Shown here: positions 17,202 through 26,400 of the stretch, piece after piece
How positions within the stretch are numbered: position 1 is the stretch's first letter
Layout of the letters: each line of letters begins with the position of its first letter
The notes under the pieces: generated by a model
The model's input: only the letters and a program-made list of their open reading frames with translations
Database searches by the model: none
What the model was told of the DNA's origin: nothing
Virus record (IMG/VR): IMGVR_UViG_3300033134_000003
Location: 1-62,707 of that record
Source: a virus
Taxonomy: Duplodnaviria; Caudoviricetes
Strand: one strand, 5' to 3'
Length of the DNA stretch: 62,707 nt
Made by a program: the position numbers and the translations under genes

Positions 17202-19429
17202 GCTGCCTCCTGCAAGTTGTAGTGGTCATCGTTCGCCGCGCGAATCGGCTGATTGCGGCGGTCGAGCCAGGCATCCGAGAGCGAGGTGATGGGCACTACT
17301 TGCCATTCCTCCACGAGGATCGTCTGGCTGTCCGAAGGTCCTACGATCGCTGCGTATAAGATCCCGCCCACTGGGTCATATGTCATCCAGCTAATGCCGG
17401 GTGCCACAAAGCACCCACTGATAGATGCCGGGAAATTTGCATAGCCTGGGAAGTCCGCAAACGCATAAGGGCTGGCTGCGTACAGCGGGCTCGATCCCTG
17501 TTCTTGCGCCAGGAGGGTCTGCAAATCGTAGAGATTCACCTGCACGTTGTTGTAGTAGGTCGTGTCTGGCGTTACTGGTATTTCGTTAGAGGCACTGGCC
17601 CCGTTGCCGCACTGGCCACTGATCGGCCTTGCGCGTGAGGGGCCGTACTGGTGGCGGCTTATGACCGCAAGACTGCGGCTGCCAGGCACGATGAGGGCAG
17701 TACCAAACGGACCGTCGTATTCGCTTAGGAAGTTATCTCCAAGCGGCGCGATCGTGACCGCCGTGGAGCAACTCGGAGAGCACAGGAGAGGAGTGTTCGT
17801 GCAGGTCCCACTGCTGCAACCGGTGAGCGTTGCAAAGACCGTGAACGGGGAGGATGGGATTGCGGTGCTAAGCTCAGAGATCTGAGCTACCCGAGTTTCA
17901 CCGTCGCTAAAGGTGATCAGATAGGGAGTGTCAACATGCGCGGAAAAAGAATCCAGCAGGTAGGTGTCGCCTGAAGTTGGTGACGTTGCGAAGTTACACG
18001 TGATCGTCATCGTGGCCGTACTGCCCGAAGTCACGGCTGTGCTCGCCTCTACGCCGCACCCATACGCAGTGTGTGTTTCGTCGGCAAAATTCGCATAGAT
18101 CCAGTAATTCGCCCCCCAACTCTCAGGCCATCCACCGGTGGGCGCATTGAGCACAATCGAAGTGCCACTGACGCTGGCCACCGTGGAACTGGTGTTGTAG
18201 AAGCCGGTGACATTGTTTTGCGGAAACGGAGCGGAGAGAGTTACCGAGGTAGCCCCGCTTGCAGGCGCGGAGGCGAGCGTGTATGCCCCTATCGTTGGCG
18301 CGCTTGTGGGGAACGGTCCGGCAAAGGATCGGTAGGATAATTGCTCGGGGAACCCAGGCTCGCGATAGAGCCCCTGGTACGAATAGGCGAGGAACTGACT
18401 GAGTGGGACTGACGCGCCAGAAAAGCTCGCATTGGCTTGACTGAACGTCGCGAAGTTGAACCCCGGAGGTACATAGCAGCTGTCGATCGAAAGCCCAGCT
18501 CCTACCGCAACGAATGCCGTTCCGCCCAGAGTGGCCTGCCACAGACTTGGGATGGGCGCGATGGTGCCAGCGAATTGGCGATTGGATTGCGTGCTCACGC
18601 CCTGCACTGTATTGACCGTGCCCCAACTTGACGGGTTCGAGGTCAGCGGGAGCGTTACCGGCAGCAACCACCCCAATTGCTGATTACAGTTCGCGTCATA
18701 GTACGTGCCGCCCGTCAGATAGAGCGTGCTGCCGGAAACCATCGCTCCCGTAATCCTGAAACCGCTGGCGGCGCCCCAAGGGGCTGCCGGATACCATTGG
18801 TGCACAGATACCGTAGTGCTATACCCGCTGCCGGTGAGCGCAGCACCCCACGAGAAGGTGTCTCCAGTCAGCCCAGTGACTAGCTCATCCGGAGAGTTCG
18901 AACCGCTGAACTTCACGTACCAACCCGCATTCGCGGCAAATCCCGCGGGTAAGCTAGTCAGTGTCGCGCTCGTGTCCCCCGTCATCGGGGTAGAAGCCAC
19001 GCTGTAATTGCTCGGCGCCACTATCTGCGTCGAAAAGACCGGCACTTGCGTGACGGTCGCAGTTCCATTGGTGCCTGAATAATTTGGGGTCCCGGAGAGC
19101 GTGGGCAACGTGATCGTCCCCATCCCCCCGATGATGTAATTATTCGTGTCGTAAGGATCGTAAGCGTCGCTCGCGAGATACATGGTCGAACCGGATACGG
19201 TGAGAGCTCCCGCGTAGTAGTTGAACCCGGTGGAGCTTCCCTTTGGGATCGTAAACGATCCCAAGAAATTGAAAATTGAGCTCAGATCGCTGGTCTGCAC
19301 GAGCGGCAGCGACAGCGGACTGCCCGAGGCCGCCCCGCGCCCGTGGTGCGCATCAGCCTGCGGGCCGCCTGCAATGAGCAGGAGGCAGGCGAGCGCGAGG
19401 GCGGAGGCGATTCGGACGATGTATTTCAT
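17198..19429 (-). CDS. Large secreted beta-rich protein (adhesin/fibre-like)
   Basis: Start at an ATGA overlap; signal peptide ending ADA|HHGRG; Ser/Thr/Gly-rich. Confidence 0.75.
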   Translation of the reverse strand: MKYIVRIASALALACLLLIAGGPQADAHHGRGAASGSPLSLPLVQTSDLSSIFNFLGSFTIPKGSSTGFNYYAGALTVSGSTMYLASDAYDPYDTNNYIIGGMGTITLPTLSGTPNYSGTNGTATVTQVPVFSTQIVAPSNYSVASTPMTGDTSATLTSLPAGFAANAGWYVKFSGSNSPDELVTGLTGDTFSWGAALTGSGYSTTVSVHQWYPAAPWGAASGFRITGAMVSGSTLYLTGGTYYDANCNQQLGWLLPVTLPLTSNPSSWGTVNTVQGVSTQSNRQFAGTIAPIPSLWQATLGGTAFVAVGAGLSIDSCYVPPGFNFATFSQANASFSGASVPLSQFLAYSYQGLYREPGFPEQLSYRSFAGPFPTSAPTIGAYTLASAPASGATSVTLSAPFPQNNVTGFYNTSSTVASVSGTSIVLNAPTGGWPESWGANYWIYANFADETHTAYGCGVEASTAVTSGSTATMTITCNFATSPTSGDTYLLDSFSAHVDTPYLITFSDGETRVAQISELSTAIPSSPFTVFATLTGCSSGTCTNTPLLCSPSCSTAVTIAPLGDNFLSEYDGPFGTALIVPGSRSLAVISRHQYGPSRARPISGQCGNGASASNEIPVTPDTTYYNNVQVNLYDLQTLLAQEQGSSPLYAASPYAFADFPGYANFPASISGCFVAPGISWMTYDPVGGILYAAIVGPSDSQTILVEEWQVVPITSLSDAWLDRRNQPIRAANDDHYNLQEAA

Positions 19430-21663
19430 GGCAGCGTGCACGTGGGCATCTTGCCCTGCTGGAAGCAGTACATGGCGGGTAGCGTGTAGGTGTTCCCTGT
19501 GGTGGGGTCCACCCACGGCCAGGTCTGGCCCTGGAAGAATGCAGGGGCGGAGGCGAGGTAGAAGGAGCTGGGGAGCGTGACGCCGCTGCATCCGAGGTCC
19601 GTTGTCCCTCCCGTCCCGTAGCAGTGCTCGGCGCTCGTGTTCCAGTCCCAGTTCGCCGTGCGGGTCTGGGTATTGACCGTGCAGTTGTCGAACGTCCAGT
19701 TGCCGCCGGTCTGCGATCCCTCGCTGGCGCAGTCCGAGAACGTGAAGCTGCCGCTGGTGTTGACGCTTGCCTGGTAGGCGCCGAGCTGCCAGACGGGGAC
19801 CTTATTGCCGGTCGCGAGTCCGTTGTACTGCGTCTCCGTCGTGACCTGCAATACCCACGCCGTCTGCGCCCCCTCGTCGCACCCTGAGGGCTCGGTGAGC
19901 AACTGCTGCCCGCTCATCCCCAGCACATTCCCGACGATGTTATGGTTGAAGCTGTAGGCCTGGATGTCGACCGCCGCGCGGGCGCCTCCCACGTAGTCGC
20001 CGTAGTCGTGCGTGCAGTCGCTCGTGTAGGTGTAGGTGTTGAGGGGCGCATGCGCCGCGCGGTGCGCGGTCAGCCAGTTACGGAAGGCAGTGATGAAAAT
20101 GCTATTGCCCCAGTACGTGTCCCCCTTGTAGTTCTGGCTGTAGTTTCCCTCCAACAGCTCGAGGTGCGATGTGGTGAGATGCGCGGCGTTGATCCCAGCC
20201 TCGGGGCTGTCCGGGTACGTCTCGCCGAAAGCGTCGTCGGTATAGTTGTAGGCGAACACGTTGCCGCCTCCCGCCGCGCGCATCACCACCACTTTGTTGC
20301 CGTACCAAGAGATGTTGTTCTCGATCAGGTCCTCCGCCGACCCGCCGTCGATCGCGATCTGGTAGCCGGCGCCTCCCGGGCTCGGGTTGTCCGTCTCGTG
20401 GATGAACGAGTCGCGCAGCACGTTGCGGAAGGTGCCGGCGAGCTCGATGCTGGGGTTGTTGGTCCAGGTGGACTCCACATTCTTCACCCAGCAGTACGCG
20501 CACTGCCCGATGGAGATGTTGCCCGCGCCGCCCCACGTGAAGAGGTTCTCGATGCCCACGCCCTTGATCCACGGGTTGGGGTAGGTGGTGAGCTTGGCCG
20601 AGTAGGCGGTGTGGTACGGGTAGGTGATCGGTGTGTCGAAGGTGACGGTATCACCACTCACCGAGGCCACTTCCATCACATCGGCAAGGCTCGAATCCAC
20701 AACGCGCATGCCGTAGCCGATCTCGTTGTACGAGCCCCCAAATGACGGTCCCCAGACGACGTTAGGATCGCTCGTTGTAAGTTCGTCGAGCCACACAATG
20801 CTGCCGGGCGACAACCCGCTGGGCGCACTCGTAAGCGTGATGCTGTAGGCTCCCTGCACGGCATCCGAGGCGAGCGTATAGGACGTGTTCCACTCGTTGT
20901 CGCCCGAGGTGTAAACGTGGATTGGCACGTCGGCCTCGTCCGTCGCGCGGTCCGACTTGATGATCTGCGTGGCCGTGCTGTCGGTGCAGAAGCTGCCGTC
21001 GCCGTACGTGGTGAGCGTGCCGCTGGCGCAGCTGCGCGCCGTGCCGCCGCCGCCCACCTTGTTGAGGCCGGTGCTGAGCTGCTGCCCGGGGCCGGAGCCG
21101 CGCAGCGTGCAGCCTGAGTTCGTGATCGTGATACCGCCGCCCGAGACGTGATAGACGCCGGTATTGAGCAGCACCACTTCGCCATTCGGACAATTTGAGA
21201 GCGCGGTCGTGATTGCGGACGTATCGTCCCCACCGCTCGGAGACAGCGTCGTGTAGATTGTCGTGCGATTGGGGATGCCCGCAGCCGTCATCGTCTCGCT
21301 CGAGATCGCGACTGATGGAGCAGGGGAAACAGTGTACGTCCCGGTGCCACCACTGCCACTGCCAAAGGCGGTTATTGTGGTACCGCTCGGCACCCCAGTA
21401 CCGCTTAGTACCTCGCTGGGGCCCAACGCGTTGGATGGCGAATAGGTGACCGTCATCGTGCCGCTGGTTGCGATTGAAGCCGTGAGCGGCATGGCGTTCA
21501 TGCCGGCGACTTTCCAGTTGGCCCAGCCGTCTGAAGCTGCTGCGATGAGCCCCGAGGTAGGATCGGCATTCGCACTGGCCGCCGCGCCTCGGCCGTGATG
21601 CGCAATGACAGCGGCGGGCAGCAACACACCGCACAGCAGGAGGACGAGTGCTCTCAAACGCAT
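19426..21663 (-). CDS. Secreted pectate-lyase-like right-handed beta-helix protein (tailspike/depolymerase-like)
   Basis: Signal peptide ending VIA|HHGRG; GGDDTSAITTAL...VVLLNTGVY...TLRGSG beta-helix cap; repeated IENN-type rungs. Confidence 0.75.
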   Translation of the reverse strand: MRLRALVLLLCGVLLPAAVIAHHGRGAAASANADPTSGLIAAASDGWANWKVAGMNAMPLTASIATSGTMTVTYSPSNALGPSEVLSGTGVPSGTTITAFGSGSGGTGTYTVSPAPSVAISSETMTAAGIPNRTTIYTTLSPSGGDDTSAITTALSNCPNGEVVLLNTGVYHVSGGGITITNSGCTLRGSGPGQQLSTGLNKVGGGGTARSCASGTLTTYGDGSFCTDSTATQIIKSDRATDEADVPIHVYTSGDNEWNTSYTLASDAVQGAYSITLTSAPSGLSPGSIVWLDELTTSDPNVVWGPSFGGSYNEIGYGMRVVDSSLADVMEVASVSGDTVTFDTPITYPYHTAYSAKLTTYPNPWIKGVGIENLFTWGGAGNISIGQCAYCWVKNVESTWTNNPSIELAGTFRNVLRDSFIHETDNPSPGGAGYQIAIDGGSAEDLIENNISWYGNKVVVMRAAGGGNVFAYNYTDDAFGETYPDSPEAGINAAHLTTSHLELLEGNYSQNYKGDTYWGNSIFITAFRNWLTAHRAAHAPLNTYTYTSDCTHDYGDYVGGARAAVDIQAYSFNHNIVGNVLGMSGQQLLTEPSGCDEGAQTAWVLQVTTETQYNGLATGNKVPVWQLGAYQASVNTSGSFTFSDCASEGSQTGGNWTFDNCTVNTQTRTANWDWNTSAEHCYGTGGTTDLGCSGVTLPSSFYLASAPAFFQGQTWPWVDPTTGNTYTLPAMYCFQQGKMPTCTLP

Positions 21664-23492
21664 CAGTGAAACGCCGCCGCAAGGCCACCGCAGGTTGTGC
21701 CGGTACCGGCGATTGTCCACGTCCAGCTCTGCGCGGTGGTACTCGAATAATTGTAGAACGCATGAGCATCGCCAAAGGCCAGGTGCTCACCGTCGCTTTG
21801 CCCTGTGAACTGGGGTACCGCGTAGACGAGTCCGGAGGGTGCTGTGGCGCCATTGGCCGGACCGTTCCCAACGCCTACCATTGCAAGAGTCAATCCGGGC
21901 GCGGAAGACGGCGTTATGCTCGGGTCCGCTGCGATTGACCCTGTAGAGCAACTCAGAGCGGCATCCGCCTCGTTGAGATACGATGACGATGATGCATTGA
22001 TTACGTCGTAGAACTTGCCGGCCGTATTGGCGAGCGCCGTGCCGCTGTGCAGCGGAAATGTGATCGTGCAATTCGAGCACGGGCTGCAATTTTGCGCGTA
22101 ATAGACGTAGGTGCCGGTGTTGGCGCCGGTCACCTGGGTGAAGTTACACCCGTCTGAGCTGGTCACCGTGCCGTTCGCGGTATCCCAGGACCCGTTACCG
22201 TTCACGGCTTCAAACATGAAGACGCGCAGATTGCCGAGCGAGGAAAATGGAATCGAAAACGACGATGGCAGGTTCGGGCTACCGAAATTGTCAGTCGTCA
22301 ACTGCTGCGTCTGGACCACATGGATGCTGGTCGGATAGGCGATCCCAGCGGCCCCGATCTGAAGGGCCACTGTTAACGAATTGAATGGATCGCCGTTGCC
22401 GCTAGAACAAGTCTCCCCGGCCATCGTGACCGATGCTGAGACAGCGGCGGCCGTCAGCTGAGTTTCCGTCTGCATGACGCTCTGGAAGCCATAGCCATCG
22501 CCGTTGATCCAGTCGGAGGTGTTGCCGCCGAAGCGCTCGAAGCCGCTTGCGGGCGTGTAGCCGCTTGCGTTGCACGCAGGGGAATTTGTCCCCGTCGCAA
22601 GCGCCGTGTAGTTGTAGATTAGGTTCCCGTTCGAGTTGCTAGTCGGAGTGAAGCTCGTCGGAGTCACCGTGCCCGCGGTACTCGCGAGTCCCGCCTGGCA
22701 ATTGTGTCCCTGCGCGGTGGCTGAGGCGATGTTGTTGTACTCGGTAAGAACGTAATTGAATTCCGTGAATGACGCACTGAAGGCGATCTTGAACCAGGTA
22801 ACGCCAGCTGTCGGCGCAATCACGTAAAGGTAGCTCAGCCCATTCGTTGAGCCGTTGTCAGCGGAGCATACTGCGGCCGGGATCGTATCGCTTGCGCTGT
22901 CGGTAATGCTGGAGACCGTATCCCCGCTCACGCCAGTGAATGCCAGCACAACTATGTCGCCCGAGCCGGTCGGCTGCACATTGAGCTGGTAGTTATTGCC
23001 AGCCGGCTGGCCGCTGCCGGCAGAACTGGTGGCCGTATCCCAATGCTGCACAATCTCCGGGGCGTCATTGAGTACGCACGTGATGGTGATTGCCTGGGTG
23101 TAGGGAGAACCATAGGCGTACTGGTCAGTGGCGACCACGTTGATGTTGTTTATGACCGTTGTGCTGGAGCAGGTCGGTGTTGAGCCGTTTGTGGTAATGA
23201 CGCCAGTGGATGAGTTGATCGTAAACTCGCCGGCGTTACTTCCAGACAGTGCATAAGTGCCCGAGAACGCCGCGGTACTGGTGCCCGTCACTAGACCAGC
23301 CGCGGTCCCAACAACGGTCCCTGAGGATGATCCCGTGACGTAGTCATACGAAGTCGGCGCCACGCTCACGAGGTTCAGCACGTTCTGCGCGGTGTACGGT
23401 CTCCCCAGCGGAATCGGCATCAACTGCGCGAGATGCGCCCAGGCGATTCCAGCGGCAGCAAGAGCAATGAGCAGGGGAGCAAGGCGTTTCAT
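21663..23492 (-). CDS. Secreted protein with a cadherin-like domain
   Basis: Signal peptide ending AWA|H; GTVVGT...FTINSSTGVITT cadherin-like pattern; TGATG coupling. Confidence 0.7.
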   Translation of the reverse strand: MKRLAPLLIALAAAGIAWAHLAQLMPIPLGRPYTAQNVLNLVSVAPTSYDYVTGSSSGTVVGTAAGLVTGTSTAAFSGTYALSGSNAGEFTINSSTGVITTNGSTPTCSSTTVINNINVVATDQYAYGSPYTQAITITCVLNDAPEIVQHWDTATSSAGSGQPAGNNYQLNVQPTGSGDIVVLAFTGVSGDTVSSITDSASDTIPAAVCSADNGSTNGLSYLYVIAPTAGVTWFKIAFSASFTEFNYVLTEYNNIASATAQGHNCQAGLASTAGTVTPTSFTPTSNSNGNLIYNYTALATGTNSPACNASGYTPASGFERFGGNTSDWINGDGYGFQSVMQTETQLTAAAVSASVTMAGETCSSGNGDPFNSLTVALQIGAAGIAYPTSIHVVQTQQLTTDNFGSPNLPSSFSIPFSSLGNLRVFMFEAVNGNGSWDTANGTVTSSDGCNFTQVTGANTGTYVYYAQNCSPCSNCTITFPLHSGTALANTAGKFYDVINASSSSYLNEADAALSCSTGSIAADPSITPSSAPGLTLAMVGVGNGPANGATAPSGLVYAVPQFTGQSDGEHLAFGDAHAFYNYSSTTAQSWTWTIAGTGTTCGGLAAAFH

Positions 23493-26400
23493 CAGCGAGC
23501 CTCCTGCGCTGAGATCACTACGTTCGCAAGGGCGACGCTGGAGGCGGTGGTGACCGCTTCCGCAGCGAGATCTACATAGTAGGCAGTCCCCACAGTGAGG
23601 CCCGAAACATTGCAGGTGATCGAGAACGGTCTATTTGGGCCATCACCCGAGGTCACGGCAGCGCCGTTTCTATACTCCTGCGTGCCTCCACAGGTCGTCC
23701 CGAGCGTCGTGCTCCCGTTGGCGTTGCCGTTGCCGGTGCCATACATGATGTAGTACTCAACCCCGGCTGTTGCGGCAGTACAGGTCCCGGTACCGCAAGC
23801 GGTGCTACCACTCACCGTAATCGTCATGTTGCCCGTGGTAGTCGGCGTGAACCGCGTTACGCCACTTGAAAGACCCTGAGCGGAAAATGCGCTGGTGCTG
23901 GAAGGAGCAGAGGGATTCTGCGCGCTAGTGCTCGCAAGGAACGCTCCGTTCACCGGCCCATAGCACACCATCGTCGGCGTGGTCGTGATGACTTCACAAT
24001 TCACCAGTGTGACGGCATTCGCACCAGTGTTGAGCGATGGCGCACTACCTGCGGCCCAGGAATAGCCAGCGCCCCAGGAGACGGTGTATGGGCCGCCCGA
24101 GGAGGGCTGCGAGATCGCAAGCGTGAAGGATTCGCCTGCGATCGAGCCCGTGGGATTGGCGATAGTATCGCCGCTCCCCAGGGTCAGCGTGAACTGATTG
24201 GAGCTCGAGGCGCCCGAGAGGTTCGGCGTGAAGTTGCTTGAGACTGCGGTGAGCGCGATCGGCGTAGTCGTAAAGCCGAGCGGTACAGAACTCGCGTTCG
24301 CAACGTCCGTGCCGGAATTGGTATAGAGCAGCGTGTTAGCGGTGCCCCCCGACACTGCATTGCCGATCGTGACGCCGCCGCCCCCGCCGCTGCTCGAGTT
24401 CACCGTCTGCGAGCAATCAATCGTGGTGCCGTTTGACACCATGCTCCAGGTATCTCCCGAGGGGATGCCCGTGCCGCTCGCGCACCCGCCCCCGGAGTTC
24501 ACGGTCGGCGTCGTGGACACCGCCATCGTCGAGGCCGAGTAGTTGACGACGCGCAGCGCCATGTTCGCCGCGAAGATGGAGGAGCTGATCGCTGGAATGG
24601 TCAGCGTGCCGCCGCCCGACACGTTGGCCACGATCTGGCCGCCCATGTCCGTTGATGCGACCGTGGGGGAGGAGGTGACGGTGCGCTCGGGGACGAGCGC
24701 TGAGCCAGCTACGAGGCTTGCCGCGGTCCCTGAGCAGTTCGTGCAGGTGAGCGAACTTGGCGTGCCGCCAGCGCCCCCGTACACCACGGGCGCGCCTGCA
24801 CTGCCTATGTTGTCGCCCAGCGCGGCGGCAACGCCGGTCCCAGGCACCGTGGTGGCGAGCACGCTGAAGGAGGTCCCGTTGGTCGCGGTGACCTTCAGTA
24901 CGCCTGCGCTCGTGAGGGAGCCGTCACCTGAGAGGGTCTGCGGCGCGTAGGCGGTACCCCCGGAATTGCCCACTGGTATTTGCGCGGATGAGGGGACCGT
25001 GCTCGAGCCGGTGCCGCCCTGGCCGGCAGATAGCGCCGTGGTGAGTCCTGTGAGCGAGGTAATGCTGCTGTTCGCGCCCGCTGTGACGACATTCGTCCCG
25101 CCGACCTCAAGGCCGGTGCAATTCCAGTTCGTCGTTCCGGTTGCGACCGTGCAGACCGACGTGCCGTTCTTGTTGAAGAAGCTGAGGTCGTTGGTCGATC
25201 CTTCGCCGATGAAGGCAAGGCCCCCGGTCGTGGAGAGCAGGTAGATATCGCCCTCGCCTGCTGCCCCGAGCGTCGGCGTGCTGGTCTCACCTGCAACCCC
25301 TAGAGTTCCTGCTGCTTGGAGTGGCAAAGAGGTAGCCGTGTGCGCAACGCTTCCCGAGAAGACCGAGGCGCCGCTAAAGGTATTGTTCGTGTTGAGAAGA
25401 CCGAGTGTGGCGCCGGAGGTGCCGATGATCGAATACGTGAGAAGGCCGCCCGTGCCGTTGACAGCGTCGCCGAGTGCGGTGACGACGCCCGTCCCGGGGG
25501 TGATGCTCGTGCCCCAGGCGCTTCCGGTGGACTGCGGGATGCCCGCGCCGGGATAGACCATCCCGCCGCTTGCGGTGCTGACGGTCTGGTTGCAATCGAT
25601 CGTGGTGCCGTTTGAGATGAGCTCCCAGGTCGCACCCGCCGGGATCCCGGTCCCCGTGACGCAACCGCCGCCTGAGTTGACCGTCGGGGTGCTCGAGACC
25701 GTCTCCGTCGAGGTCGAATAATTGATGACGGTGAGGGTGGTGTTGGCCGGGAAGACCGACGAGCTGATCGCAGGGATCGTGAGCGTGCCGCCCCCTGAGA
25801 CGTTCGACACGATGACCCCGCCCATGTCGGTCGAAGCAACGGTCGGGGAGGAAGTCGCCGTACGCTGCGGCGCTGTCGTGTTGAGCGTGTTGCTCGCGAG
25901 CGCAAGGGTCTGGCCGATCGCCGCACACCCCATCGTCGTGCCGGTCGAGTTGTCGATGAGGCACGGGGCGGTCGCTCCGGAGACCGTCGTGGTACCGGGC
26001 GTGATCGAGGATGCGCTCGCGGACGGAGTCGCGCAATTGTTGCTGCCGGATGAGAGCCCCTGTGAAAACTGCCCCCCGGTGCACAATGCTGGATAGCTTG
26101 CAAGATTCGTCGCGGTCGCGGCGTTGCCACCGATGTTGAGGCTGCTCGCCGTACCGCTGAGACCGGTTCCGATCCCGCTGATGACGCCCTGGTAGGTGAC
26201 AGAGAAGACCGAAGCGCCACCGTTCACGTGCATGTCAAAGAAGTTGCCGAGGAAACTCGAAGGAGCATTGCAGCCGAACTCGGTCCCGTTGGTGCTCCAG
26301 GTGGATGGAGCAGTGCCGTCATTGCAGTAGAGCAAAGGCACGGTGGTGGTCCCGGTGCCGCCTGCAAATGGCGCCCCCGTCCACGATTGCGCGGGGGTGC

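Noticed and set aside
16066-17274. 402-aa - strand ORF
   Set aside because: Antisense shadow of tnpB
17198-17300. tmRNA gene or attachment-site fragment suggested by the AANDD tag
   Set aside because: The tag is in frame with a long CDS; no tRNA-like ends (GGGG...TCCACCA, T-arm) were seen
24395-25865. Diversity-generating retroelement TR/VR pair
   Set aside because: Both copies are coding, differences are not adenine-specific, and no reverse transcriptase is present
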